Origin: Octopus bimaculoides
Taxonomy: Eukaryota
Assembly: GCF_001194135.2 (NCBI RefSeq)
Contig: NC_068991.1
Location: 22,929,499-22,993,498 of the forward strand
Reading direction: 5' to 3'
DNA length: 64,000 bases
This document shows positions 38,265 to 51,939 of the stretch, piece after piece; the stretch's first letter is position 1, and each line of letters begins with the position of its first letter. The notes under the pieces are model-generated. The model saw only the letters and a program-made list of their open reading frames with translations. It was not told the origin of the DNA and ran no database searches. The position numbers and the translations under genes were made by a program.

Positions 38265-39869
38265 AGCTTCTGTACATTCTCCAATTGCTAAATGTACTTT
38301 ATATTTATAACCATAATTGTTAATATGACATGGTATGTCATAAGCATCTGTATATTGCGGTTTTTATCATTTTAGTTATACAATAAACAAATTAATCAAC
38401 GGAATACATTGTCTGCAAGTTGATGGATACCGCATATTCTCCTCCATTTTCTCAATGCTATATAAATCAAGGGTAAAATAACCCCCTTTTACCCGCACCC
38501 CCTTATTGCACTTGGTAAAACACTAGTGTAACAATAATTGGGTACCCTCCCANNNNNNNNNNNNNNNNNNNNNNNNNNNNNNNNNNNNNNNNNNNNNNNN
38601 NNNNNNNNNNNNNNNNNNNNNNNNNNNNNNNNNNNNNNNNNNNNNNNNNNNNACAAGAAGAGATATCACAGGTGAAAAGGAATGAGAAAAGACAGTGAAA
38701 ATAGGGGCGGAAGAATGTTTTAACAGAGAAGGGTGGGACACGGAAGAGAAAAAGAATGATGGAGAAATAGAAGTGATCGGAATATAAAGAGAAGGGAAAA
38801 GAGAGAGAAATGAAAGGAAAAATATCCTGAAGCCGAGAAAAAAGAATTACAAGTAATTAACAAACAGGTAAACGGAAGGAATTAGGAATAACAGTTTATT
38901 TATCTGTTGCCTAATTCAATACACAACACCCATCAATATCATTGTTGTCATCGTCATCCTCAACAGTATAGTTTACTGTGTAAGCAAGACACTCGTCTTT
39001 ATTAGCTTTCGCCCTCCTTTATCTTCTTCACCATCATCAACAAGCATCATTTATTGCCTTCTTGTTCTCATTTCCGTCGTTTGGAAAGCTTGAACATCAC
39101 TACTCTGCCAAAGCGAGATGACTGTAAAAAAAGTGTGTGTGTGTGTGTGCGTGCGTTTGTCTGTGCGTGTGTGTTGATAGCGATAATTCTAGTATGGATG
39201 AAGACTTAATAGTAGTCTGCTCTATTCGGTGAGTCAGTCTCACGGTTCGAATCCCGCTTTACTTTTCATTCAACAAAAGTGGGAGGATGGGGAAATCGAT
39301 CAAGTAGGTACCAGTGGTACACTGAGGTCAATTCAATCAACTGGATTCTATAAAATCAGCTCTGTACATCGTCATATTGAAATCGATTATAAACCATCAT
39401 AGTTACTACTACTAGTACGACGATGACGATAGAGACGAGTCATTAAAATACAAAAATTGGCTTTATGCATTGCAAATAAGTAATTATTGATGGTTTAATA
39501 TTGGTACTAGTGGTTTATTGAACCTTTCCAGTTCCAAGATAAAATTTTGTCAATGTTCGAGGCTAAACCTAATCCTTTCAAGAATAGGGTCGATAAATAA
39601 ACATACCAGTAACATATACCCTTGTCAATTACCTCAGAAATGCTCTTCTACTTCAACACATGGTCTTGTATTGTTCTTATAGTCATTATTATTCAATTCG
39701 AAACTAAAGGGAAAAAAGCCCATGAAGAATGGCTGTAATTTTAAAATTAAATAACAGCAACACTTCGAGGTTTTTTTTCTTTGGTGAGTTAATAGAACGA
39801 GTTGGTTATCTTGCGGTCCAGGAAATGTCACCTGGAGTTTGTAAGAGGGAGGCGATATGAATGCATGAA

Positions 39870-39926
<57 letters not shown>

Positions 39927-41299
39927 ATAGTGTATGTGTATTACATACGAAATCCGATGAATCTAGGGGTCTGCGTCGGCAAAATTATAGGATATACGAG
40001 TGGTATGTTTACATATACGATATACGGAAATGCATATAATATATGTATATGTGATATGTGATGAAACATGATATATGGTTACTGTCTATAATGATGTGTG
40101 TGTGTGTGTGATATGAATGAATGCATATGATATGATGGCGTAATTAGTTGAATATTTTGTGTACATATTAAATATTTGGGACATATACAGATAATTTGTT
40201 GTTTCTGTTATTAAGTCCCCTATCAAAACTTTGAAGGTTCAAATCCCTATCTTCGCTAATTCCTTTCTTGCATTACTCACATAACAAACATACAAAAACT
40301 CCCTACCACAAATATCAAACACAGTCGGATTGTCAGTGTGTTGAGGGTTGTTTTCCACAGTCTTTTTTTTACAATATCTATAGTAACTAGTATATTAATG
40401 TTCTCTGATGTGCATAGTCGTACATTTCTTCTAATGGAAATTAAAAGATTAATAACAATATCGTTATTTTCCACAAAGGCTCTAAGCAAAAATACAATCT
40501 ATTTATAACAACAACAATAATCGTTTATTTGCCACAAGGGTGACAGATGTGAGGACATTACAAAAGGATAATAACGATGATGATTTCGTACATTGGCACA
40601 AGGCCACAAATTGAAGAAAGGGAACTGATTATATCGACCCAATTTTCAACTGGTAACGATAAGTATTTGGGAACGAACATTTGTCCGGATCAGAGTACTT
40701 ACTTATTGGGTTTGGGGATGCTTTGATCTTCCTCTGAGCTGCTGTATCCCTCATGAGGGATGTTATTTATGCGCAAGTATACTTACTGTTTTGTAATTCA
40801 TCAATCTAAATTGTTATTATTTTGTAAAGTATGGATTTTAACATAAACTGTATTGTAACGTCTGTGTCCTTCTCTGTGGCAAAATAAATAGTTTCAATCA
40901 TCATTATTGTTGTTCTGCTATCATAAGGTTTATATCAGTTTATCGCTATCATCTCATTCATAGAGTATTTAAAAAAAACACCCCTACCTAGATTCATCCG
41001 TACTAGGTTTTACAGCATTATACACACACACTCCATAATCCTAATCGAACCACCTCTATCGTTGGACAGTGCGACTTGCAGAAGGAAATTCCCCTAGTTG
41101 CCGTTGTTGATGTTTCTCTCAAGAAATACACATATGTAATACATATTACACAGCTAGGGCGGGATATCGAAGTTGGGTATATATACTCACCACAAAGCTC
41201 CATAATCCTGCAGTTCATTGCTGGGTAGAAGAAAGTCTGTACAACATATGTAAGAGATCCTGAGTAAATGTCTCCTGTCTAACCAGGTAAGCGCCTGAA

Positions 41300-42490
41300 C
41301 GCAACACACTCACACCTTTATCACACTCTTTCTCTTATTCTGCCCCTTTCTCTTTATTTCTTAGTGTTTTCCCTCTCCCTCTTCCTCTCAAATTGTGGTT
41401 TGCACTTTGCCCTTCCTCTTGCTATCCCTCATACAGTGTAATTTCTCACTTGTCTTTCTTTTCACTCTCCCTCTCTGTTCGTAAATTGCCTTTCGCTTTT
41501 CTTTCACTCACTGTACCTCTCTAAGGAATATTCTTACTTCTCTTCTATATTTTCTTTCCCTCACCCACTATCTCTCCTTTGTTGGTCAATCGGTCTTTCT
41601 CGGCCTATTTCATAGACTATTACCAGTCTATGTGAGAGTCTCTATGCACTCAAATATAGTAGAAATAACAGCCAAATTTCCTTTAAAACAAAGTACACGT
41701 TAGACGACGTACTTAAAATAAAAGTGGCGATGATTGTGGCTGGAGCGCCTTTGGTCATAGGTCTGCTCAATGAAGGGTAATTTGGGTTAAATAATCACAA
41801 CTCTTTTTTTTTCTCTTCGCATATTTGTTCCTTTCTCTCAATACGTCTCTCTCTTACTCTTTCATTTTCCCTCCCTCTAATTCACTCTTTCCCTCCCTCT
41901 ATATCCAATTCTTTCTCTGTATATTCTGCACCGTTCTCTCTCTCTCTCCCTCTTTTAACCTCTTTTCCTCCCACGTTCTGTGCTTTCTCTCCGTTTCTGT
42001 CTCTCCCTCTTTCTTTCCCTCACTCACTAACTTCCTATTCGTTCTTCTTATCATTCTGTGTATTTCTACTTTCTATTCATATCGTTTACCTCCACATTCT
42101 GTGCCGTTACATTTCTCTCTTTATTCTGCTCTCTTTCTTTCTCACTCTCTCTCTCTATCTATCTATTTATCTTATTCCTGACGCTTCTCTTACTCTTACC
42201 CATTGCGTCCCGCCTGACAGCTTTGTTATGTCTCTGACGCTCAGTCTCAGCTATCTAATTCTCCCTCTTTGAAAGAGAGAGAGAGCAAGTATGTTTTATA
42301 TGTGTATCTCAATGTCTCTCGTTTCCCGTTTCCTACTCTCCTTTTTTTGTTCCCCTCTCTTTTTCTTCTCTCTTTCTCTCTCTCTAACATATTTCTCTCC
42401 CTTGTATCACACATTCTTCTATGCATAGGCTCACCCACTCTTTCTTATTTGTACTCTATAAAACTCTTTCTTTCTCTCTTTCCTTGAGTA
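41300..42490. repeat. Pyrimidine-rich low-complexity region (CT/TTC)
   Basis: Read directly; interrupted by a family C copy at ~41625-41795. Confidence 0.8.
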
Positions 42491-43439
42491 CAACACACCC
42501 ACAGTACACCGCAAAATAAACGGTCATCGTAAAACAAATGGAAGCACACACATAGTAGAAGATAGATTTGGCATTGCGCTGTTTTTGTATGTCAAATTGA
42601 TTTGTATTTCTTATATTATTAAAACGAAAATATTTTTAGTTATATTTTTTGAATTTTTGTTTACAGATTTGGCTATATGTATTTATCAAACTTCTTGTTG
42701 GCTCCAGACGATCGGAGAGCCAGCGACTTGGTTTCCATTCACAGTTATAAACACGTTTTCCTTTTTCTTTTTTTTAGGTGGTCAGTGTCCTTGGGAAAGG
42801 AACCAACATCCTTTTCTCTTACCTGTAAACCTAAGACTTCGTAGTTATTCGAGAAATTCTCAAGGAGGAATGGTGCCGTTCTCGCTTATGAAAATGGTCA
42901 CTTGTGGAACGCTTTTGGTCATACATATGCTCACTTAGGACTGACCAAAAGCAACATTCAAGGATACTAAAAATAATTGTTGATTACAAATGAGATCTGA
43001 TGTATTTCAGACGAGTGTATTCACAATATAGTAATACGTTGAGTGGGGATTGAAACCAAATGTCGGTATTATTTTCGCAAAAACTTACTGTGTCTGTTGT
43101 TACTTCTCATAAGGCTATGGAAGGATATAGGATGGCAACAGTCAATTAAACAAAAATACAAGCTAGCACATGTGACAAGATTTCTGGCCAACAAACCAAT
43201 ACTCAAGGTTTAAACCTGGCCTGAACTCTATTACACTACTGTATGTTTGGTAAACATAAAAAAGATGAAAAGAGTAGAAATGACCTATGCAGGATTTGAA
43301 CTCAAATCATTGAAAAGCATTTAGTCCTGCAAGTCATCATTTCTACTCCATCATTAACTATTTTTCACATTACCTTTCTTGGGCAACAGAATTAAATCAG
43401 AATCAAATACTTGAATTTTTCTAACTTTATGATTCCCTC

Positions 43440-44420
43440 CAAGGATGATTATAGTCTCACTGACATCTGGCTCGGTGTTATCTGAAGCTGTTGAATTAAT
43501 GCATTTAACAGCAGTGGGTGTAAAGGTTAATTTTTATAACTGGTTAAGTACCTTCATTTTCAGTTGTAAAAAGATAGTCATGGTACAAAGACAACATTCT
43601 GTACCTTATGCAATGATATCTGATTCCCACGTGGGTCTGTTCTTGGTTCTCCATTATTTAGTACATACATTAATGAAACATGCTAATGTGAAGTATATTA
43701 CTGTGTTAAAATATGCAAACAATATTAAACTTACCTTGAGATAACAAGAACAGATCCTACACACTATCTTTCCTGCACTCTGACCGAGACAGTACAGCAA
43801 TAGATTCGCTGACTGGCAACTGGAACTGGCTATAGACAAGTGCACCACTTTACATTTTGAAAGGGAAATTTCCAAATTTACCTACTCCCTCCATAACACC
43901 AACCTTAAGAAGTCTGCTGGTAAATGTGACCTAGGCGTTATTGCCAACAGTGGTCTACATTGGACAAACCACATTCATAAAATGAGCAAACAGGCTGAAA
44001 ATGTCTTAACACCACTCAGTAAAACCTTTGTCTGCTACTCAACAGCTATCTGTTTTAAACCATGTATGTCCATATGGTGTGTCCATATTCAAAGTTTGCA
44101 TCTCTAGTCTGGAAAACCCATCTAGTTCAGAATACCGAGCTGCTGGTAGCTGTCCAGAAAACTACAACTAGACGAATACCCTCTGCCAGTCACTTACCAT
44201 ATCTTGAATGTATTGCTTCTCTGGGTATTGACACACTTAAGTTTTGACATCTTGTAGATGACTCAATAGAAGCCCACAAGATTATTTCCTATCTTTCCAA
44301 CAACTTCAGCCACTTTTTTTTAATTCAATAACTCTATAGTCATGGACATGCTTATAAGATCAAAAATATTCACTGTACTCTTGTCATTTGGTAAGATATT
44401 TTCAAGCTCAGAATTGTCAA
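43440..44420 (+). mobile_element. CR1/L2-clade LINE ORF2 relic (RT core to 3' end)
   Basis: AVGVKVNFYNWLSTF ... KYANNIKL (decayed YADD) ... WQLELAIDKC ... DLGVI...L.WTNHI ... VWKTHL...LVAVQKTTTRRIP...LPYLE ... RIVKA. Confidence 0.85.
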
Positions 44421-45204
44421 AGCAGAGAATACATATTCATATCAGTTGTTAGCTATCAGGACACTACATCTTTCAAAATTTCTATACTTCCTTACATAAA
44501 CTCCATGCACCCTTTCCTCTTTATTCTTTTACTGTTCCCTTTTCCATTTTCCTGTGTATTATTCTATATATTGTGCATATACTTCTAGCTTTCATTGCTG
44601 TCTTTCTTTACTTGACTTACGGTTACTTTCCAGTGAGTTAGAGTGCACCTGATCATTGTATACAATCAAGCTGTTATTATTATTGAGCTCATATTCTGCC
44701 AAGGTTGACTTTGCCTTTCATCATTTCAGGCTCAATAAAATAAGTACCAGTTGAGCACTGGGGTTGATGTTATCGATTAGTCCCCTCCCCCAAAATTTCA
44801 TGCCTTGTGCCTATAGAAAAAAGGATTATTATTATTATTATTATTATTATTATCACTGATTTAAAACAGATCCTCAGTATATTTTGAGCCAATGAAGAAC
44901 TCCTTCTGCAGGTGTTCAACCTGCAGGAAATAGCAACCATATTTCCCTCAAATAGTGCCTGATGTCTTGAAAAAAGAGACATTGGCACTATATTTCCAGA
45001 TATACATAGAGATGGATAGCCAAGGTAAAAGGCCTTTCTTTGGTCATAGGTTTACTCAACCAGGACTGACCTTGGATTAGACATCAGTCAACAACTAGTA
45101 TATACGTATGTACATACACACACACATACTCACATATACATGTACACATACATACACACATACATACATAGACATACTTACACACACATATACATACATG
45201 TATA

Positions 45205-45350
45205 TATCATCATTTAACGTCCGTTTTCCATGCTGGCATGGGTTGGATGGTTTGACTGAGGACTGGTGAGCCAGAAGCTGCACCAAGCTCAATCTGATCT
45301 GGCAATATTTCTACAGCTGGATGCCCTTCCTAATGCCAACCACTCCAAGA
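45205..45350 (-). mobile_element. Family R copy
   Basis: 'catcatttaacgtccgttttccatgctggcatgggttggatgg ... ggatgcccttcctaatgccaaccac'. Confidence 0.9.
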
Positions 45351-45360
45351 TACAAATACA

Positions 45361-45759
45361 TGGCACTCCATTGGTTGTGACAACGAGGGTCCCAGTTGAT
45401 CCGATCAATGGAACAGCCTGCTCATGAAACTAATGTGCAAGTGGCTGGGCACTCTACAGACACATGTACCTTTAACATAGTTCTTGGGGAGATTCACCGT
45501 GACTCAGAGTGTAACAAGGCTGGCCCTTTGAAATACAGGTACAACAACAACTGGAAGAAAGAGTGAGAGAAAGTTGTGGTGAAAGAGAACAGCAGGGTTT
45601 GCCACCACCACCACCACCACCACCACTCCCCGCCAGAGCTTCGTGGAGCTTAGGGTGTTTTGGCTCAATAAACACTTACAATGCCTGGTCTGGGAATTGA
45701 AACTGCCATCCTATGACTGCAAGTCTGCTGCGATAACCACAGGGCCATTGTGCCTCCAC
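45361..45759 (-). mobile_element. tRNA-derived SINE family D, full length
   Basis: Reverse complement of 55791-56181. Confidence 0.9.
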
Positions 45760-45764
45760 ATATA

Positions 45765-45767
45765 CAA

Positions 45768-45844
<77 letters not shown>

Positions 45845-45875
45845 CAGACAGGCAGGCAGACGAACAGATAGATAG
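45765..45875. repeat. (GATA)n microsatellite
   Basis: Read directly. Confidence 0.97.
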
Positions 45876-46049
45876 ATCCACATCATCCTGATCATCATCA
45901 TTTAATGTCTGCTTTCCATGCTGGCATATATATATATATATATTCATAAATATGCATGTATGTATACCTGTAGATTGATAGATACATTAGACCAAAGACA
46001 GAGATACAGACAGGCAGACAAACAGGCAGATCATAGGAGGAGGAGTGAA

Positions 46050-46550
46050 GACAGCTCGGCATTCAGAAGATTGACAGAGTAATTGGGAAGCAACAAGTCA
46101 AATACATGTCAGTCTAATTAAAGTGCAAAGTATACTGAGTTGTTAATTATTATCCTCCCTATTATATGAATTGGAGGTTTGGATGACATACAACAAAGTG
46201 GTAAAAATAATAAGCATTCATGTTGAGACATCTGAGGTTAATCATGAACATCTTATGGAAAGACAAGATCTAGAATAAGCTCATCTTTGAGAAAGCCAGG
46301 ATCCCTGGCATGGAAGAAATATTGGTGTTGTGATACCTCCACTGGCTTAAGCACACAAAGAATGAAGGAAGTTCAGTTGCCAAGATTCTACTCACAACTG
46401 TCAAGGAGTACAAGAAATCAAGATAGACAACACCAACAACAACTAAGATACAAAGACACAGTTGAGGAGACTGAAGACTGATATCTGCAGCAGGACCATA
46501 GCAAATAAGGAGAGAGACCAGTGGAAGGTATCAACTGCAAATTTTCGTAT
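46050..46550 (+). mobile_element. RTE LINE ORF2 relic
   Basis: SAFRRL ... SSLLYELEVW ... HLRLIMNILWKDKI*NKLIFEKA ... LRYKDTV. Confidence 0.65.
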
Positions 46551-46904
46551 GGACAGACATCATCAGCTATTGACCAATATTAAAATATTGGTATAGAAAA
46601 CAATTAGTAGAAACACTTGTTACATGTAGAATCTGAAAATAATAAAGCTTCAGTAATATGAGACGTGACTAATACATGACACAACCTAATACTGAACAAA
46701 ATGTCTTGCACTATTTAGCTATGTCTATTAAAGTCCAAAAATTTCACTGAGGTCAGCTTTGACGGTTGTCTTTTGGCAATCAATAAAATATGTACCAAGC
46801 AAGTAGTGAGATTGATTTAATCAATTGTGCCCTGCCATAAACTGTATGGCTTGGCACCAAAGTCAAAAACAATTATTAATATTGATAATGCTTATTAAAA
46901 ACAG

Positions 46905-47500
46905 TTATTAATGTTAAAATACTTTGCAGTATTTAGTTAAACTCCATAACATTCTAAGTTCAAATTCTACCAAGGCTGGGCTGATTATCATTATTCTAGA
47001 ACTACTAGAATAAATACCAGTCTTGAGAGTCATTTAATAGATTGTTCCCTGCACCACAAAAATTTTAAACCTTATACTAATGTTAGAAACCATTATTAAC
47101 GATGACATAAAGGCAGTGAGTTGGAAGAAATGTTACCGTGCTGGAAAAATGCTTAGTGTCGTTTTCTTGACTTTACATTATGAGTTCTAATTCCACCAAG
47201 GTCGACTTTGCCTTTAATCCTTTTGGGGTCAATAATATTAGTACTAGTTGAACACTGGGGACAATGTAATTGACTTCTCCCCCCTCCCACCCCGAAATTG
47301 CTAGCCTTGTGCCAAAAATTTGAAACCATTATTAAAGATGACATAAAGGTGGTGAACTGCCAGAAAAACATTACTTTGCTGGACACAAAATAAATATCTT
47401 GCAGTATTTGCTCCAGCTCTTTACATTCTGAGTTCAAATCCCACTAAGGACAAATTTGTCCTTTATCCTTCCAAGGTCAATAAAACAATATATCAATCGA
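46905..47500 (+). mobile_element. Three tandem family A copies
   Basis: 'gttcaaattctaccaagg', 'gttctaattccaccaaggtcgactttgcc' and 'gttcaaatcccactaagg', spaced ~236 bp apart. Confidence 0.85.
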
Positions 47501-47514
47501 GTTCTGGAAACAAT

Positions 47515-47740
47515 TTCACCCTTTTGTTGCCATATTTCTAATGAAATACATTAACTTTTGTTTCAAATTATTTTGAAAGTAATGAAGAATTTAATAAAAT
47601 AACTTTATCATGACTAAGCTGGCGTTTAGGACATTAATTAACATGAAATTTTCCAGTTTTATTTAGATCATTTTAAAACAGAAAGTATTATTATAGAACA
47701 AGGTACTATTTCAGATAGGTCAGTATCAAAATGATTAACC
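47515..47740. mobile_element. Possible second TTAA-type MITE family
   Basis: Decayed ends 'ttcacccttttgttgcca' and 'gtatcaaaatgattaa'. Confidence 0.35.
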
Positions 47741-48867
47741 AACTAAGCCCTACTCCCAAAATTTATGATCTTGTGCCGATGTTAGAAATGATTAAAGATG
47801 ACATTTTTTTCAAATCCAGAAGATAAAAATATATTCCAGAAAGAGTTGGAAGAACTGTCTACTCATAGAGATAATAAATACCTACAATGCTGGAAATTAA
47901 ATAACAGTAATAAGGATGGGTGGAGTTGTAAGTTAGTCAGGAGAGAAAGGACAATATCCTTAAATTTTGCAAACCTTCCCAGACTAGTAACATTGACATG
48001 ACTGATGCAGGAAAAAAGTAGTTAGAGAGCAAAATTGTAAGGTCTCACAAGACTGCTTACAACAGGGTGAATTCTGCAAAAAAACATCTCATTGCAGTGT
48101 TAAACTGGTGTGTAAATTCTACTTCCCAACAATGGTAATAAGTGAATCATAAGTGAATCATACAGCTTCAAAACAAAATGGACATTTTTGATAGATCCTC
48201 ACATAAAACTATTTGCTCTGCATGTGACCCAATGAGACAGCATCTACATGATCATTAGATCTACTAGAAATAGCAGCAAAATTGCCCTTAAATAACATCC
48301 TAACATCTTAAAAGCAAGAGGACATCTTGAGTAATATAGCCTGAAAATATAAGAAGATGGTCAACTGAGAGCTAATATTCCTTTTCGCATTTAGTCGAGA
48401 AGGTAAAGCAGTGCCCCTGATCATTTATTTTTCAGGGTCTCGAGGATCCTGAAATGATAAAAGGTCATAAGTACTACTTTTGCAATTGAGAAAACTCTGC
48501 TAAAAGTACTCAAGAATTGGATGGTAGTGTTAAACTAAATGACGGACTAAGTCTACAAACCAATAACTTAAAAGGAAATAAATATCACAAGGCACCACAA
48601 CTAATGCTCTGACAGTTCTGTCAATCCCCAGATTGGGAGTCTATTTTATTGACTCGGAAAGGATGAAAAGCAAAGCTGACCTCAACAAGATTTAAACTCA
48701 GAGCAGAGAGATCCAGAGCAAATATTGTAAAACGTTTTGTCCTACAGTCCAAACGGCACTGACTAAACGACAACAGCAAAAACAACATTAGCAATAGCAA
48801 CAGCAACTACATTCACAGAGGGTAGAACTTTTTATTTCAGCAAACCTGATCTAATAAAACAAAAATA

Positions 48868-49275
48868 TACAAGGCTGTGTGTATTTACTACCACAGCATT
48901 TGGGGTTCAGTCCCACTGTATAGCATCTTGAGCAAGTGTCTTCAACTATAGCTCTGAGCCAATCAATGCTTTGGAAGTGTATTTGGTAGACAGAAACTGT
49001 GTGGAAACTCATTGTACATGTGTGTGTGCATACATATGTGTGTGTGTGCATACATATGTGTGTGTGTGCATGTATGTATGTGTGCATGCATGCGCACATG
49101 TGTGTGTGTGTGTGTGCACATGTGCATATATGTGTGTGTGTGCCAATATATGAGTGTGTTTGTGTGTATATATGTATTCTAGTGCAGCTCTTCAGCTTGC
49201 CAGCTCTGGTCAAACTATCCAACCGATGCCAGCATGGAAAATGGACATTAAAAGATGATGATGATAATGATGTGT
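48868..49275 (+). mobile_element. Family B head, microsatellite and R-type tail
   Basis: 'ggctgtgtg ... gggttcagtcccactg ... cttgagcaagtgtctt', (TG)n, then 'tccaaccgatgccagcatggaaaatggacattaaaagatgatg'. Confidence 0.75.
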
Positions 49276-49559
49276 CTGCGTTTGTGTTTTCTCCCCACCT
49301 CATCTACTTGACAATCAATGTTGGTTTGTTTTCATCCTTCAACTTAGTGATTAAGCAAAAGAGATAGATAGATAGATTAGGTACCAGATTTTAAAAAATA
49401 AACACTGGGCTCTATTGTTCAGCTAAACCTTCCAGAGCAGTGCCTCAGCATAGCAGCAGTCCAATGACTGAAACAAATAAAAGACAAAAGATAAATACTT
49501 GACACCAGGATGCTCTCCACTCCTTCTATGCCAAAAATACATGGAAAATTGAATTATCT

Positions 49560-49782
49560 GATACAGTACCGCCTGACTGGCCTTCGTGCGGGTGACACAT
49601 AAAAGCACCCACTACACTCTCTGAGTGGTTGGCGTTAGGAAGGGCATCCAGCTGTAGAAACTCTGCCAAATCAGATTGGCGGCTGGTGTTGCCATCCGGT
49701 TTCACCAGTCCTCAGTCAAATTGTCCAACTCATGCTAGCATGGAAAGCGGACATTAAACGACGACGATGATGATGATGATGG

Positions 49783-49824
<42 letters not shown>

Positions 49825-49825
49825 G
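49560..49825 (+). mobile_element. Well-preserved family R copy with (GAT)n tail
   Basis: 'gtggttggcgttaggaagggcatccagctgtagaaac ... gctagcatggaaagcggacattaaacgacgacgatgatg'. Confidence 0.9.
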
Positions 49826-50119
49826 TACACAATACTTTCATAATAGAAATCACGAACATGACAATGTTGTGATTTCTATAATAAAAGAACATGCATAAAG
49901 AAAGACATGTACAATAAAATGAAATACATAACATGAGGCAGAAAGAGCAAAGTAGTGTATACCTGCAGCTCACTGATATGAAAAAGTACTGTGTAAAAAT
50001 ATTGTGTAAATACATGCCATGTAAAATATACTGTGTAAATAAACTGTGACTTTCGATAACAACAAAGCATGCAATCTCATGGCCAGGAGTCCAGAGGGAG
50101 CCTAGCACTACCTCTAGTC

Positions 50120-50788
50120 AGTCATCCTATATCATAATATTTATGATGAGGATGAGATGGTGGCGGTGGTGTTGAAGTGATGCAGTAAGTAGAGTAACAG
50201 TTGTGGGGGGTAGTGCCAATAATATTGGTGGTGATGATGAGGAAAATGAGGAGGAGGAGGAGGAGGAAGAGGGATGATGGGGAAAGGTGATGTTGGTAAC
50301 GGTTGATAATGCTGTTGGAGCTGATGATGACAATAATGATAATGCTCATAATGCAGGAAAAAGGTGTTGGGGGATGATGATGGTGGTGGTGAGGGTGATG
50401 GAGAAGAAGATGATGATGATGACAATGTGACAATAACAATAAAAATGATGATGGTGGTGATGGTGGTGGTGGTGGCGACAATGTTTCCCACTAACTATTG
50501 GTCTCAAGAGAAATACAAGTACACAAACAACACCCACACACCCACAGTACGCACACACACACACACACACACACACATAATAGGCACATAAAAATATGAA
50601 GTCAATGATGAAAGAGATGTTTACTTTGGTTGTCATGGTAATCCTCGAATGGTCTGTCAGTCAATGCTGGATGAGCTGTAGATACAAAACAACGTACAAC
50701 AGGAAACAGGAAATCGTTGACTGGCCTCACTCACTCCAGTTCTCCATTTAATTCTGCTCTCCACCACCAAGTTGCATACGCCACCATC

Positions 50789-50824
<36 letters not shown>

Positions 50825-50900
50825 TCTTCTTCTTCTTCCCCTACTCCTCCTACTCCTCTCCCTCTACCACGCCTCATCTCTCACTCTGTCTGCCTGTCAG
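50120..50900. repeat. Low-complexity GAT/GGT/GAG, CA and CT repeats
   Basis: Read directly; source of the poly-H/P/S ORFs. Confidence 0.9.
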
Positions 50901-51939
50901 ACTCTGTTTATCAATTTATCTATCTAGATATGTAGCTGTCTATCTGTCCATTTAACTGCCTGTCTATTCATCAGTCAAATCAATCAATCAAACAATCAAA
51001 CAATAATCAATCATTCTGTCTATTTACTTACCTAACCATTTGTCTGTTCATCTAGCTGCCTGTCTATCCATATCCAACCATTACAAGATGGACAAATAGA
51101 CATAGGAATATAATGATGATTATGAAATTTTTATTATATATATATACTAATGGGACCTCTGGAAATACCATAGAACAAAAAAGATTAAGAGAAGCTATTA
51201 AAGAGAGAAAGGATTATTTGCATTTCTATTTCTATTTTGCTATGTTATTTCACTTCCAGTCACAGTAGTACATTACATGATTTTAAAATTTCGCTCAATT
51301 AAACACTTTATATTTCTCTCTTTCTCTTTACCTCTTCAACAAACTTTTTAACTATGTAATTACCCGCTTCATGTCTTTAATATTTCTCTCTTTCTCTTCA
51401 CCTTTCACTGCCATTAACCACTTGAGTGACAGCATAATGCATCAGCTGGCTAACTGCTCTTTCACTCACTCTCACATTCCCTCTTCCTCTCTCTCTCACT
51501 CCATCTCTTCCTTCTTTCGAACAAACTAAAGCATAGATTATGAACAAACAGGTAGAAGAATAATATTATAGATTTAGTTCAATAAAAAAATACTTTTTAC
51601 TATCAACATACCACCACCACCACCACCACCACCACTATCATCATCATTATAGTTTTCAGTAACAAAGCTCATTTCATTTTAGTTCAGCTTTTTGTTTCTG
51701 TCTTTTTCTTCCTGTCGATGTATCTCTATTCTGATAATACAAACGCTATCTCCTTCAATCTTGAATTAAAAAAGCCAGCAGGTCAGGTTATTAGATGTAT
51801 CATAATGATAAACTAAAATTACGATAATCTAGAACAGTTATAACTGCTTCTCTTAAAAAGGTCTAAAAAATTCTGGAAATCACCTCGTATGTATGTATGT
51901 ATGTATGTATGTGTGGAGCGGGGTATGTATGTCAAACAA

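Noticed and set aside
39030-39125. Possible terminal exon on the minus strand (tttttttacag|TCATCTCGC...)
   Set aside because: Two frames are equally plausible, the peptide is not recognisable, and the acceptor abuts a microsatellite.
40660-40900. Possible LINE 3' end with polyA signal (similar-looking tract at 62540-62780)
   Set aside because: No diagnostic protein motif could be read; too weak to annotate.
42775-42960. Apparent exons on both strands (e.g. PFLLENFSNNYEVLGLQ|gtaaga)
   Set aside because: The region resembles a heavily decayed family C copy, so the splice-like sites are probably fortuitous.
50120-50640. Poly-His/Pro/Asp ORFs
   Set aside because: Trinucleotide low-complexity repeats with no splice or domain context.
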